IMG/VR virus record: IMGVR_UViG_3300020042_002318
Location: 1-36,603 of that record
Source: a virus
Taxonomy: Duplodnaviria; Caudoviricetes
DNA: 36,603 bases
Direction: 5' to 3' (one strand)
The notes beneath the pieces are model-generated. The model saw nothing but the letters and a program-made list of their open reading frames with translations. It ran no database searches and was not told the DNA's origin. Positions 17,389 through 26,155 of this stretch are shown in pieces. Positions within the stretch are counted from its first letter, which is position 1, and every line of letters starts with the position of its first letter. A program made the translations under genes and the position numbers.

Positions 17389-19037
17389 TAGTGGGTATCT
17401 TTCCAGTTGTTACCGACACGATATTCGCCCCCTAGAGGACAGCGCATATTCAAGACGACACCAGCATCGGTGATAGCTTGCACACCCATCTTACCCGCCT
17501 CGTCAGCACGATGTTCTTCCACTTCTAACTGCCATTCGTCATGGACATTGGCTACAAACTTGTAGTCCATCTTAGACTGCCGTAAGCGTTTATTAAAGAT
17601 GACCAAAGCCTGTTTCATGGCTATCGCACCTGCGCCTTGCAGTAGCGTGTTGAGCGCTGAATGCTCCGAGCGAACGAGTAACTTGCGTCCGTCAAGACCC
17701 GGTAGCCACGCTTTCTGAACATAGATACGAGATACCTTTTCCCGCAACGCTCTAAGCCTCGGCGTGTTGCGTAGAAAACGAGTAATGAGAGCTTGTCCTT
17801 CTTTCGATGAACCTCCAACAATTGACCCAATCTTGGCAGCTCCTGCGCCATAGAGGAATGCATAGATAAAAGTCTTAGCTTGGTTCCTTGTCTCAAGCCC
17901 TGCTGCTTTCTGGTTTGCTGTGTGAATGTCGCCTGATACAACTTCATTAGTATACGCATCGTCTTTCATATAATGAGCCAGCATCCGCAACTCTAAACCG
18001 CTTGCATCAATGCCAACTAATTTATATCCTTTCTCAACTATCCATAATTCTCTGCAGTCTGGTCCGTAAGGACTACCACTGTTAGGCACTTGCGCCATGT
18101 TAGGGCTGTGGTGTGTCATACGACCTGTGACAGCGCCGTTAGTAATCACTTGACCATGTACACGCCCGTCGGTTTGAATTGCATCAACCCAACTATCAAC
18201 CTGTGCAATTCGCTTTTGTAACATCAAGTACTCAGCGATGGCTTTCGCTTCGGGGAAGTCGAGACCTTCGAGCGTGGTTTCGTCGACGATGACACTACCT
18301 TTTTCGGTGTGCTTTTTCGGCTTCCAACCCTTCTCGATGAGCCTTTCGGCGATTTGCTTGCGACTTCCGGGATTGAAGTCTTCCACGATGTCGGAAAGGG
18401 GTCTTCCATGTGTTTTGTGGGTGCGACCAGATGTGACCTTGGGAGGAAATATCCTTTGCATCTCAACGCAAATAGTGTCCAACTTAGTTTTAAGAACAGA
18501 TAGTAATTGTAGAGCTTTAACTTCGTCGAATCGGAATCCACTTCGTTCTTGCTCTGCGATGATGAACGCAACTTCGTGTTCGAGTTTGATGCTTTCTTGC
18601 GAATAGTCATGTGACATCTCCTTGGTTAAATATTCGTACAACTTCTGTGTTACTAAGGTATCTTGAATGCAGTATGATACCATCTCTTCAGTTAAACCGC
18701 CATCAAAATCTGTGAATGCTGTCTTTGGAAATCCTAATCGATTCCCCCACGCTTCTAGAGAATGACCCAACTCTATGCTTGGAGAAAACAATCGACTTAT
18801 TACGAGCGTATCGCACACTTTCGTCTTTCTCATAATAATCTTCCAATTCTTCTTGAGAACAGGACCGTCGAAGTTTATGCCGTTGTGCATTATAATCGAA
18901 GTGCAAGAGTCCAAATACTTTTGTAGTCCGTCTTGATTCTTCCATACTTTCACCTCTCCGTTATCAATGTTCCGAGTTACAACGCACCAGATTATATCGT
19001 GTGCTGTGTTGGTTTCAATGTCAAGAACAATTTTCAT
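17388..19037 (-). CDS. polA: Family A DNA polymerase with 3'-5' exonuclease (T7 gp5-like)
   Basis: LDIET, HNGINFD, motif A DASGLELR, motif B RNQAKTFIYAFLYG, motif C VHDE. Confidence 0.96.
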   Translation of the reverse strand: MKIVLDIETNTAHDIIWCVVTRNIDNGEVKVWKNQDGLQKYLDSCTSIIMHNGINFDGPVLKKNWKIIMRKTKVCDTLVISRLFSPSIELGHSLEAWGNRLGFPKTAFTDFDGGLTEEMVSYCIQDTLVTQKLYEYLTKEMSHDYSQESIKLEHEVAFIIAEQERSGFRFDEVKALQLLSVLKTKLDTICVEMQRIFPPKVTSGRTHKTHGRPLSDIVEDFNPGSRKQIAERLIEKGWKPKKHTEKGSVIVDETTLEGLDFPEAKAIAEYLMLQKRIAQVDSWVDAIQTDGRVHGQVITNGAVTGRMTHHSPNMAQVPNSGSPYGPDCRELWIVEKGYKLVGIDASGLELRMLAHYMKDDAYTNEVVSGDIHTANQKAAGLETRNQAKTFIYAFLYGAGAAKIGSIVGGSSKEGQALITRFLRNTPRLRALREKVSRIYVQKAWLPGLDGRKLLVRSEHSALNTLLQGAGAIAMKQALVIFNKRLRQSKMDYKFVANVHDEWQLEVEEHRADEAGKMGVQAITDAGVVLNMRCPLGGEYRVGNNWKDTH

Positions 19038-19465
19038 AGAGCAATTGTACGGTAAACTACACCATCATGCCAAGTTTTATTTTCAGCTTCATTAAATCGT
19101 TCTTCAACTGTAGTCCATTTCATTAGAACTGGATTTTGTCCTTTAAAACAAAAGGCATATATTAAAGGAGCATTATCGCTAGAATAAGCATTTACAAGTT
19201 TGTCTAGTGTTAGCATTTCTTTTAACTTTATGTTTGCCGTTCCTTTTACATTAACAACATAAGTTTTATTATGTTTATTTAAAATATAATCTGGAATGTT
19301 CCTTAACACTGTATTTAATCTAAAAAAATTAGGTACAGAATTATTTTTAGAATGAAAACCAATACGATGAAAGACATAGTTATTTTGTAAAGCCCATTGC
19401 TCAAATAATTGTTCTCCTAAATCAGAAACAGATTGCCGTTCTTCATATGAATTTGTATTGTTCAT
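19034..19465 (-). CDS. AT-rich hypothetical protein, possible degenerate PD-(D/E)XK nuclease
   Basis: GEQLFE...IPDY...VNVKG; visibly more AT-rich than polA. Confidence 0.5.
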   Translation of the reverse strand: MNNTNSYEERQSVSDLGEQLFEQWALQNNYVFHRIGFHSKNNSVPNFFRLNTVLRNIPDYILNKHNKTYVVNVKGTANIKLKEMLTLDKLVNAYSSDNAPLIYAFCFKGQNPVLMKWTTVEERFNEAENKTWHDGVVYRTIAL

Positions 19466-19611
19466 TTAAGATTAATCCAGAGTCCTATCTGCGCTGCAGC
19501 ATAACCTATCCAAATCAATGCATTAGACACACTGCCTTTGCTTAATTGTAACACACCGACAACTAAATAGCCAATGCCAGTAGCTCCGACAATGTAGTGT
19601 TCAAGAGTCAT
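19462..19611 (-). CDS. Small two-TM membrane protein (49 aa); not in ORF track
   Basis: MTLEHYIVGATGIGYLVVGVLQLSKGSVSNALIWIGYAAAQIGLWINLK; ATGA overlaps at both ends. Confidence 0.7.
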   Translation of the reverse strand: MTLEHYIVGATGIGYLVVGVLQLSKGSVSNALIWIGYAAAQIGLWINLK

Positions 19612-19823
19612 TTCTTTTTAACTACTTTCTTTTTAGCAACAATCGGTTCTTCAACAACTGGTTCTGGTCTAGGTGTCTCAAACATGATTGCCAGCAATTC
19701 TTGAATCTCTGGCTCTGTTGCAACCCAGCGACTACCATCATTGAAGTGAATCTCTCTGTCAATGATATAAGTAACATTCTCAGGATTAATAAGCCTGTCG
19801 CCAATTCTAAGTAGTTTACTCAT
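19608..19823 (-). CDS. Hypothetical protein
   Basis: 71 aa, basic C-terminal tail, coupled. Confidence 0.6.
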   Translation of the reverse strand: MSKLLRIGDRLINPENVTYIIDREIHFNDGSRWVATEPEIQELLAIMFETPRPEPVVEEPIVAKKKVVKKK

Positions 19824-20082
19824 CGCCCATTCTCTCTAGTTCGTGTTCAGCTAATGCAGTAGCTGCTTTTAAACTCTTGATTAATTGTTTTACATCGTCA
19901 CGGTGGTCATGATGGATAGCACCGCCAACGAAATACATTTCTAAAGTCTGACGCACAACTTCTTTTAATGTGCTTTTAAATGTAACAGGGTCATCGCCAT
20001 CACCAATGTAGAATCCATATTCCATACTGCCATTCTCAGCAACCCAGATAAAACTGTCTATCTTAACTGTTTTTGTAGTCAT
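19816..20082 (-). CDS. Hypothetical protein
   Basis: 88 aa, AAGGAG RBS, coupled. Confidence 0.65.
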   Translation of the reverse strand: MTTKTVKIDSFIWVAENGSMEYGFYIGDGDDPVTFKSTLKEVVRQTLEMYFVGGAIHHDHRDDVKQLIKSLKAATALAEHELERMGDE

Positions 20083-20408
20083 TTTTGCTCCTTTTTCAAA
20101 TACGAATCAATTGCATCATCAATCTCTTGACCTAACATCCACTGCCATTTAGTCATGTCGCCGTTGCACAGAATTACAGATGGTGCTGCAATCTCAGGGT
20201 CAACATCCCACGATGCACTGCGTAGCCAGAGATAGCGTTCAGAATTCCTGTATATTTCTTGATTGTCCTGAATCTTACTAAACACATTACGATTGAGTTC
20301 TTTTAGTCTATCAATCTCGGTGCATAAATCAGTGATGATTTTGCGGGTGACATGATACTCGTCGGTTTGTGCATAGCGCTTGGCTTTGTCAATTATGTCG
20401 TCTTTCAT
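20079..20408 (-). CDS. Hypothetical protein
   Basis: 109 aa, ERYLWLR motif, coupled to helicase stop. Confidence 0.65.
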   Translation of the reverse strand: MKDDIIDKAKRYAQTDEYHVTRKIITDLCTEIDRLKELNRNVFSKIQDNQEIYRNSERYLWLRSASWDVDPEIAAPSVILCNGDMTKWQWMLGQEIDDAIDSYLKKEQK

Positions 20409-21991
20409 AGTGTGTCCTTTATCTCTAACATTCGTCCGGTTTGTCCATTATACAGCAAAGCACCGCAATTACCAGTGTAACCGCTAAATCGATTCTTTAA
20501 TACTCTGACACTAGTAGTGTTGCGCTCAATCATATCTTCAGCCTGTCCGTTACGCTCTAGCCCTATCACGATGTCAGATAGCTGTGCAATAGCGCCTGAG
20601 CCACGCAACTGTGCCAAGGATGTAACTGCACCTTCTTCGTGTCCACGACCTTCGTTACGCTTGAGATGTGAGACACAAACTAAACTAATGCCAGTCTCTT
20701 GCACAATCATGCGTAGCTTTGTCATGATAGCATCTAGAGCTTTGCGCTCATCACCAACATCACCGCCACTGACGATAATACTAATATGGTCAAGAAAGAC
20801 ATAACCACAGCCAAGACCCTTAGCCATGTAGCGCACTCTGTTGACAATGTTTTCCAAAGAAGTGCTACCAAAATGGTCAAACAGATAAACACGGTCACTT
20901 CCCAAAGTTCTATCAAATGCATCTTTTAACTCCTCCGGTGATACCTCAACATCAGGTAGATGAATCGGTTTGTTTATTGCTAACGACATCAAAGACCGAG
21001 CTGTTTTGCGGACTCCCTCTTCAAGAAACATAAGTCCAATGTTGTCGGTTGTCTTGTTAAGTATGTGCCATACAATCTCCCTAAGAAATTGTGATTTGCC
21101 AAGTCCACTTCCTGCTGTGACCATGACGAGTTCACCCTTGCGGATGCCGTATGTTAGCTTATTAAGTGCCTCGTACGGGTAGTCACAATCAGCCTTCTCA
21201 ATAGGCGCTGATACCATGTCCCAGAGACTGTTACCTTGCACAATCCCATCAGGGATATAAGACTCAGCACCCCACCAAGTATCAACAAATTCTTTACTAG
21301 CGTTATTCTCAAGATAATCACACGCATCTTTGTATCCTGTCTTGTGTTTCATGATTTTAACTTTGCCACCGAATAACTCAGCGACTGCCTGTGCTGCTTT
21401 CTGTCCGGGTTCATCGGCATCGAACGCTAAGACAATGTTCTCAAACGAATCAATCCATTCATATTGGGCTTTACAGTCCTTCAGAGCGCCACTAGCGCCA
21501 CTGCGGATACTCACGCAAGGGTACTTGCTACCTTGCATCTGATAAGCCGCTAGAGCGTCTAATTCACCCTCACAGATAGTCAGATAGCGACCAGACTTGG
21601 CGAACAAGTTCTGTCCAAATAGCGTAGCGTCTTTGAAGTCGCCAGCGACACTAAATGCTTTGTCTTCCACACTCCGAGTCTTGATAGCAACCATACTGCC
21701 ATCAGGGTTATAGTAAGGATAATAGTGTTTGCCGTTGTCCTGCTTAACGCCAAATGCTATGCAAGTAGCCGAAGTAATACTACGGTCAACGATACTAAGA
21801 TAAGTAGCAGAGTCATAAAATTTAAGTTCCTTATTCATTGGTTTTTTAGATACCTTCGTGGTTGTGCCATCACCTGCGACATAGGTCTCGCAAGCAAAGC
21901 AGTATTGGTGTCCATCATCGAACAAACTGTTTGCATCGCTACTACCACACGCCTCACAGGGTATGTGCTTAATGTATTTGCTTTTAGTCAA
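20405..21991 (-). CDS. Primase-helicase (T7 gp4-like)
   Basis: Zn finger CEACGSSDA..HQYCFAC, TOPRIM EGELD / FDADEPG, Walker A AGSGLGKS, LDH, LRGSGAIAQ, KNRFSG; probable TTG start at 21991 (TTGA overlap). Confidence 0.95.
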   Translation of the reverse strand: MTKSKYIKHIPCEACGSSDANSLFDDGHQYCFACETYVAGDGTTTKVSKKPMNKELKFYDSATYLSIVDRSITSATCIAFGVKQDNGKHYYPYYNPDGSMVAIKTRSVEDKAFSVAGDFKDATLFGQNLFAKSGRYLTICEGELDALAAYQMQGSKYPCVSIRSGASGALKDCKAQYEWIDSFENIVLAFDADEPGQKAAQAVAELFGGKVKIMKHKTGYKDACDYLENNASKEFVDTWWGAESYIPDGIVQGNSLWDMVSAPIEKADCDYPYEALNKLTYGIRKGELVMVTAGSGLGKSQFLREIVWHILNKTTDNIGLMFLEEGVRKTARSLMSLAINKPIHLPDVEVSPEELKDAFDRTLGSDRVYLFDHFGSTSLENIVNRVRYMAKGLGCGYVFLDHISIIVSGGDVGDERKALDAIMTKLRMIVQETGISLVCVSHLKRNEGRGHEEGAVTSLAQLRGSGAIAQLSDIVIGLERNGQAEDMIERNTTSVRVLKNRFSGYTGNCGALLYNGQTGRMLEIKDTL

Positions 21992-22158
21992 TGTTGACTT
22001 CTTTCCGCCGTAATAAGTTGACAGCGTAGGGCTTCGACTTCCGCCAGTGCCATAACTAGTTCGGTTTGTGTTTTGACTAATTGGTCCTGAAGTTCCAAGA
22101 CCTGCTTCGTTAAATCCTGTTCGCATATTTGCCTATCCTCGCTTGTCCAAGTTGTCAT
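21988..22158 (-). CDS. Small coiled-coil protein (MTTWTSEDRQ...)
   Basis: GGAGAG RBS before ATG 22158; start could be further upstream. Confidence 0.55.
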   Translation of the reverse strand: MTTWTSEDRQICEQDLTKQVLELQDQLVKTQTELVMALAEVEALRCQLITAERSQH

Positions 22159-22366
22159 CTTTTCTCTCCATTTCCATAGATTGTTCCAGTTCACTAGGTT
22201 TAGTGGCGGACACTTCCATACCATCGTTGCAGTCCTCAAATATTTTTAATTCAGTTGCACAATGAACACACAAGACCACATAGTCTTTTGGGAATATGCC
22301 TTTGCGTAGTTCGTCATTCTCTTCCTTCAGTTTGGTTATCTCTGCTAGTAACATTTGTGTCATCAA
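22133..22366 (-). CDS. Hypothetical protein with CxxC
   Basis: 77 aa, AAGGAG RBS. Confidence 0.5.
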   Translation of the reverse strand: MMTQMLLAEITKLKEENDELRKGIFPKDYVVLCVHCATELKIFEDCNDGMEVSATKPSELEQSMEMERKDDNLDKRG

Positions 22367-22694
22367 TTAACTCCTTCCATTTAGTGTCTTCGGGTAATAC
22401 AGTTATTATAATATCTTTCTCTTTAGATTTCGCAATTAAATTATTTAACACGGAGCTACCATACATATTTGAGCCATAGTTAGCTTTATAGCAACGATAC
22501 ACCGAGCCTGATTGTCCCTCAAAATCAAAGTATTTTGACTGGTCATCAACGCCTACGATACCGCTATTGAGTTGCCAAGAGTCAGCACCAGCCCAGCCAC
22601 CATACCAACAAGCAAACACTCGATGTAGCTTGGTCTTATCACTCACAACCTCAATAACAACCCATTTATCAGGAATATTCATTTGCGCCCCCAT
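22314..22694 (-). CDS. Conserved phage hypothetical protein
   Basis: PDKWVV...DSWQLNSGI...GQSGSVYRC motif. Confidence 0.75.
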   Translation of the reverse strand: MGAQMNIPDKWVVIEVVSDKTKLHRVFACWYGGWAGADSWQLNSGIVGVDDQSKYFDFEGQSGSVYRCYKANYGSNMYGSSVLNNLIAKSKEKDIIITVLPEDTKWKELIDDTNVTSRDNQTEGRE

Positions 22695-22921
22695 TGATGA
22701 TTACAATCCGGACACTTCCATGCCACAGTTCTATCTACTTCCATATCATAAATCCCAATAGCCCTACCCCATTGTCCTTGGGTTCGGTCAGCGCCGTAGG
22801 ATTTAGAAATCTTATCTGCCTCTGCCTCCGAGCCAGTCGTCTCAAAGAAATGGTTCCATATTGAGCCACCATCTAAATCAGCGTTACAGTTTGGGCAATA
22901 GCCATGTTCATTTGACATCAA
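22679..22921 (-). CDS. Zn-ribbon protein
   Basis: CPNC...WKCPDC, 80 aa. Confidence 0.7.
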   Translation of the reverse strand: MMSNEHGYCPNCNADLDGGSIWNHFFETTGSEAEADKISKSYGADRTQGQWGRAIGIYDMEVDRTVAWKCPDCNHQWGRK

Positions 22922-23129
22922 TTATTCCTTGTATTCTAACCCTATGTGGGTAGTCTTTCTCAATCCAAAAGCAACGATAAATCCCATCCTTAACGCTTAA
23001 CCAAGCCTCATAGCGCTGAGATTTACCTGAGTAATCAATGCAATCATTATGCTCAAAATGCACTTGATTAGCAACCCAACCACATAAACAACCCAAAGCA
23101 AATACCCCAATGAATATAAGGTCTTTCAT
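22908..23129 (-). CDS. Hypothetical protein with N-terminal TM/signal
   Basis: MKDLIFIGVFALGCLCGW. Confidence 0.6.
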   Translation of the reverse strand: MKDLIFIGVFALGCLCGWVANQVHFEHNDCIDYSGKSQRYEAWLSVKDGIYRCFWIEKDYPHRVRIQGIIDVK

Positions 23130-23308
23130 GAATTTCTCTTAATCATCCAGTCTAAAGCATCATGAAGAATACTAAATCTAGGTGATTGTTCGGTTTTGTT
23201 CTTCCATTGGAATACCATCTTATCAGTAACATCCCAATTATTTTGTTCATGGTTCCACCTTGCAGAACGCTCATGGTCTGTAATCAATTCCATACCCATC
23301 TTATTCAT
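23126..23308 (-). CDS. Hypothetical protein
   Basis: 60 aa, GGAGG RBS. Confidence 0.6.
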   Translation of the reverse strand: MNKMGMELITDHERSARWNHEQNNWDVTDKMVFQWKNKTEQSPRFSILHDALDWMIKRNS

Positions 23309-23468
23309 CGATTTCCTCCATTACTGCTCTACCAACAAGCCTATTAACCTTATCAGCAATCGCCGTTGATAAATCGTCCATGACTTTGTCATAGCCATAA
23401 TCCCCAATTAAATCAACCATATCCATTAAGATGAAATGATATCTTGCTTCTTCGTTATGCGATTGCAT
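23301..23468 (-). CDS. Hypothetical acidic protein
   Basis: ATG 23468 with GGGGG RBS, downstream of promoter. Confidence 0.6.
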   Translation of the reverse strand: MQSHNEEARYHFILMDMVDLIGDYGYDKVMDDLSTAIADKVNRLVGRAVMEEIDE

Positions 23469-23497
23469 AAAACCCCCGTTAGTTAAAGACAACCCCA

Positions 23498-23525
23498 ATC
23501 ATAAGACACAATCATAAAAAGTCAA
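23498..23525 (-). promoter_or_regulatory. Sigma70 promoter for the replication operon
   Basis: TTGACT-16-TATGAT on minus strand. Confidence 0.6.
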
Positions 23526-23548
23526 TACATTAGACAAAAATAAACTAC

Positions 23549-23577
23549 TTGACAACATTCCAAAAGTGCAGTATAAT
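23549..23577 (+). promoter_or_regulatory. Perfect consensus sigma70 promoter, antisense to early genes
   Basis: TTGACA (23549-54)-17 bp-TATAAT (23572-77). Confidence 0.85.
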
Positions 23578-23677
23578 AACTATATAGTTAAACAACATAG
23601 ACTATCGTTGATTGTTTCTTTATGTTAATTGATAGTAGTCTATATTCACAGTTATGACATAGACTATGTTAACTATA
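23578..23677. repeat. AT-rich nested inverted repeats with ATAGACTAT units
   Basis: AACTATATAGTT palindrome 23578-89; TATAGTTA (23583)/TAACTATA (23670); ACATAG-A-CTATGT 23657-69. Confidence 0.7.
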
Positions 23678-23708
23678 ACGATACCTATATTACCCGCAAG
23701 CGAGTGCA

Positions 23709-23969
23709 TTATCTCCCATCCCAATCAGTCCAGTAGTCTTCAGGGTCTTCAGCATCTAAACCACCATCAATATACCCGTTATCGTCAATCAACGATTCAG
23801 TCATAGCCGTATCTGATTCATTCATTAAATCCTGTCTTACTTGAATCGGTATGTAAGCCTCAATCGTTTTAAGACAATCTGAGCATAGTTCTACATATTG
23901 CCTAGTGATACCATGCTTTATGGTAGCCTCAAAATCAGTTAATGACGCATTGCAACATTGGCATCTCAT
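23709..23969 (-). CDS. Zn-finger protein with acidic tail
   Basis: CQCC...CSDC, GGAG RBS. Confidence 0.7.
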   Translation of the reverse strand: MRCQCCNASLTDFEATIKHGITRQYVELCSDCLKTIEAYIPIQVRQDLMNESDTAMTESLIDDNGYIDGGLDAEDPEDYWTDWDGR

Positions 23970-24227
23970 TTAAAAATCTCCTTCGGCTATATCCTTAGCC
24001 ATATCTAACCAATATGCCTTAACTTTGTCTATAACCTCAGCAGGTGCGCTATCGGGTTTATAGTCTTCATCTAGCTCTAATTGGCTCAATGCCTCATCCC
24101 AATTATCAGGGTCAGCCCAATAACATTGCCCATCACTAGCAATTAGACAATCGATTGACTCGTTAAAAGCATCTTCGTCAAAATCCCCGTCTTCGGGTTC
24201 ATAATATCGATTATTATTGTAATTCAT
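23970..24227 (-). CDS. Highly acidic early protein
   Basis: 85 aa, YYEPED motif, GAGG RBS. Confidence 0.65.
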   Translation of the reverse strand: MNYNNNRYYEPEDGDFDEDAFNESIDCLIASDGQCYWADPDNWDEALSQLELDEDYKPDSAPAEVIDKVKAYWLDMAKDIAEGDF

Positions 24228-24317
24228 AAAAGCCTCTCTATTCGATTAAAACATAGTAGATGATACCTACCCCTTAACTACCTCAAGAAAACCCCGTATA
24301 GCCCCGTTTAAGAGGTT

Positions 24318-24419
24318 TTAGAGGTATTCCCAAGTATAGCATAATACTACACCAACAAGATGATATACAACATAGGCTAAAATCAGGTATGTCATGCACC
24401 AAAATAGTGCATATTTCAT
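24318..24419 (-). CDS. Small hydrophobic peptide (33 aa); not in ORF track
   Basis: MKYALFWCMTYLILAYVVYHLVGVVLCYTWEYL; ATGA overlap, GAGGAG RBS. Confidence 0.55.
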   Translation of the reverse strand: MKYALFWCMTYLILAYVVYHLVGVVLCYTWEYL

Positions 24420-24598
24420 GCTATCGACTCCTCTTGTTTTAATCTGGTTTTATATCCTTTGATTAATTGCTTAGCGTTTTTAATATCATCGGTCAATGGT
24501 TCTAACCAATGACCATCGTCTATATATCCGTCAGCGCTTTGCACTAATCTCTCCAATACATCAATAGTATATGCAATTTCTAATTCATCTAATTTCAT
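24416..24598 (-). CDS. Hypothetical early protein
   Basis: 60 aa, coupled. Confidence 0.6.
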   Translation of the reverse strand: MKLDELEIAYTIDVLERLVQSADGYIDDGHWLEPLTDDIKNAKQLIKGYKTRLKQEESIA

Positions 24599-24777
24599 TC
24601 TTCAATCTCCTCTCCGTCAAATTCTCTTAATTGGTCGCACATATCCTGCACCCCTGATAAACAAGTAGGGCATAAAGCAAAATACAGGATTCCTATATAG
24701 CCATCAATACCGCCCTCACCATCTAAGGTGAAATCGCAAGAACAAATATTACATTTACTTAGACTATCGTTTTCCAT
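24595..24777 (-). CDS. Small Zn-binding protein
   Basis: CNIC...CPTC, GAGG RBS. Confidence 0.7.
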   Translation of the reverse strand: MENDSLSKCNICSCDFTLDGEGGIDGYIGILYFALCPTCLSGVQDMCDQLREFDGEEIEE

Positions 24778-24992
24778 TTCCTCACCTTTCTTGCTAGGAC
24801 AATATAATTACTCCAATCAGTTTCACACCCTTTGCGCTTGTATGCGACTATTGTTTGAGAATCATCGTCAAATGTAAAGTTAATTTCCCAATGCTTACAA
24901 GCAAAATACCAATCCTTTTCTTCCTGTATTTCTTCGCTATGATGAGTCCATAGAATGTCAGCGATTCGCTTTAAGTGGTTAATTTGACTCAT
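24759..24992 (-). CDS. Hypothetical early protein
   Basis: 77 aa, coupled. Confidence 0.6.
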   Translation of the reverse strand: MSQINHLKRIADILWTHHSEEIQEEKDWYFACKHWEINFTFDDDSQTIVAYKRKGCETDWSNYIVLARKVRKWKTIV

Positions 24993-25183
24993 ACCAACCC
25001 CGTTATATAAAGATTCTTATAAGCGTCTTTAATGTCTTTATCTGACCAAGTATTGTATGGTTCTCTATCAGTCAATAAGAATATTAAATAGCTAGAATCA
25101 TCTTCTAGTAAATCCTGTTTAATAATTCGTAAATCGTCATTTACTAAAGCGTTAATCATTTCTTTCCTAGTTTTCATAATCAA
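24989..25183 (-). CDS. Hypothetical early protein
   Basis: TRKEMINALV...WSDKDI; probable ATG 25177 with AAGGG RBS. Confidence 0.6.
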   Translation of the reverse strand: MIMKTRKEMINALVNDDLRIIKQDLLEDDSSYLIFLLTDREPYNTWSDKDIKDAYKNLYITGLV

Positions 25184-25189
25184 ACCCTT

Positions 25190-25270
25190 TCATAGATAGA
25201 AAACAATAACATAAACCGCAGTTAAGCAAGTGTATAAACACACGCCAGTAAGCAATAATGATTTAATCAT
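25190..25270 (-). CDS. Small hydrophobic peptide (26 aa); not in ORF track
   Basis: MIKSLLLTGVCLYTCLTAVYVIVFYL; GGAGG RBS. Confidence 0.5.
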   Translation of the reverse strand: MIKSLLLTGVCLYTCLTAVYVIVFYL

Positions 25271-25559
25271 GGTTTGCCTCCGAATAGTTATCGACTAAAT
25301 GTTGAGCGATTTCATGCCAATTTACATCACCAATAAACGCTAAGGCATAATCTCGCATTAAGGACAAATCAGCCCCATTGTTTATGCCATCTTGTGCCGT
25401 TTGCTCAAAATAATCTGTTAGATAATATTTTAAATCATCTGCAACATCACAGACATCATCTGCATCCGAATAGTCGCTAAGCGCTTTACCATCGAATATC
25501 TCAAGATTTATCCGCCATGTGGCGTAGTTAGTCCATCCGTTGTATTTATTGTCATTCAT
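25263..25559 (-). CDS. Conserved acidic early phage protein
   Basis: YNGWTNYATW...VNWHEIA motif; AGGGG RBS before ATG 25559. Confidence 0.75.
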   Translation of the reverse strand: MNDNKYNGWTNYATWRINLEIFDGKALSDYSDADDVCDVADDLKYYLTDYFEQTAQDGINNGADLSLMRDYALAFIGDVNWHEIAQHLVDNYSEANHD

Positions 25560-25572
25560 TTTAAGCCCCTTA

Positions 25573-25875
25573 TTAGATTGCAACATTGTTTAGATAGGTG
25601 ACACCCTTGCGAGTGCTAACATTAGCGCCCAAAGCCCTTAGGCGTGATTTGGTTGTAGGTGTTTGCCATCTGCGTAATGTTTCTTTGTTTACCTCTACAA
25701 TTCTGGGTGTAATGACATCGCCTACCATATTTGAATTGATAACAGTAGCAATATGGTTGCCATGTAAATAGACTGCAAGACTGCCATCAAATCTAGGTGT
25801 TACGACTGTATTACCTAATTGCCAAGACTTGCTATTGTATATAGCGTTAAGCATTTGAATTTCAATCTTTCTCAT
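25573..25875 (-). CDS. Conserved early phage protein
   Basis: MRKIE...YLHGNHIA...WQTPTTKSRLRAL; AGGAG RBS. Confidence 0.75.
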   Translation of the reverse strand: MRKIEIQMLNAIYNSKSWQLGNTVVTPRFDGSLAVYLHGNHIATVINSNMVGDVITPRIVEVNKETLRRWQTPTTKSRLRALGANVSTRKGVTYLNNVAI

Positions 25876-25925
25876 AATATAAATCTCCTGTCTAAAGTTA
25901 AGATAAAGCCCTGTTAAGTTTACTA

Positions 25926-26123
25926 CTATTTTGCCTCTAATGCTTTCGATAAATTACTTAATCCAAAGGCAAAGATTTGGTCATTGTAATCATCACGATT
26001 GTACGCAAACCAATTACCATATGAACTTGTTGATTTCTTGATTTTATAAACTTTGCCATTAGCATAGCCTACATACTCTCCGTGATGGAATCCTGATTTC
26101 TCGATATTGTGATAGTTTTTCAT
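25926..26123 (-). CDS. Hypothetical early protein
   Basis: 65 aa, AAGGG RBS, behind promoter. Confidence 0.65.
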   Translation of the reverse strand: MKNYHNIEKSGFHHGEYVGYANGKVYKIKKSTSSYGNWFAYNRDDYNDQIFAFGLSNLSKALEAK

Positions 26124-26155
26124 AATATTACCCTTTCAAGTGTTTAAGTGTTTAC

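Noticed and set aside
12546-18945. Numerous alternate-frame and antisense ORFs inside RNR, exonucleases and polA
   Set aside because: Fully nested in well-supported genes, no recognisable motifs
21992-22126. N-terminal extension of primase-helicase in the ORF track
   Set aside because: Overlaps another gene with a good RBS; TTG at 21991 gives typical coupling and puts the Zn finger at the N-terminus
25901-25912. Third GGATAAACCCT-like box (AGATAAAGCCCT)
   Set aside because: Contains an insertion and the implied -10 would fall on the start codon
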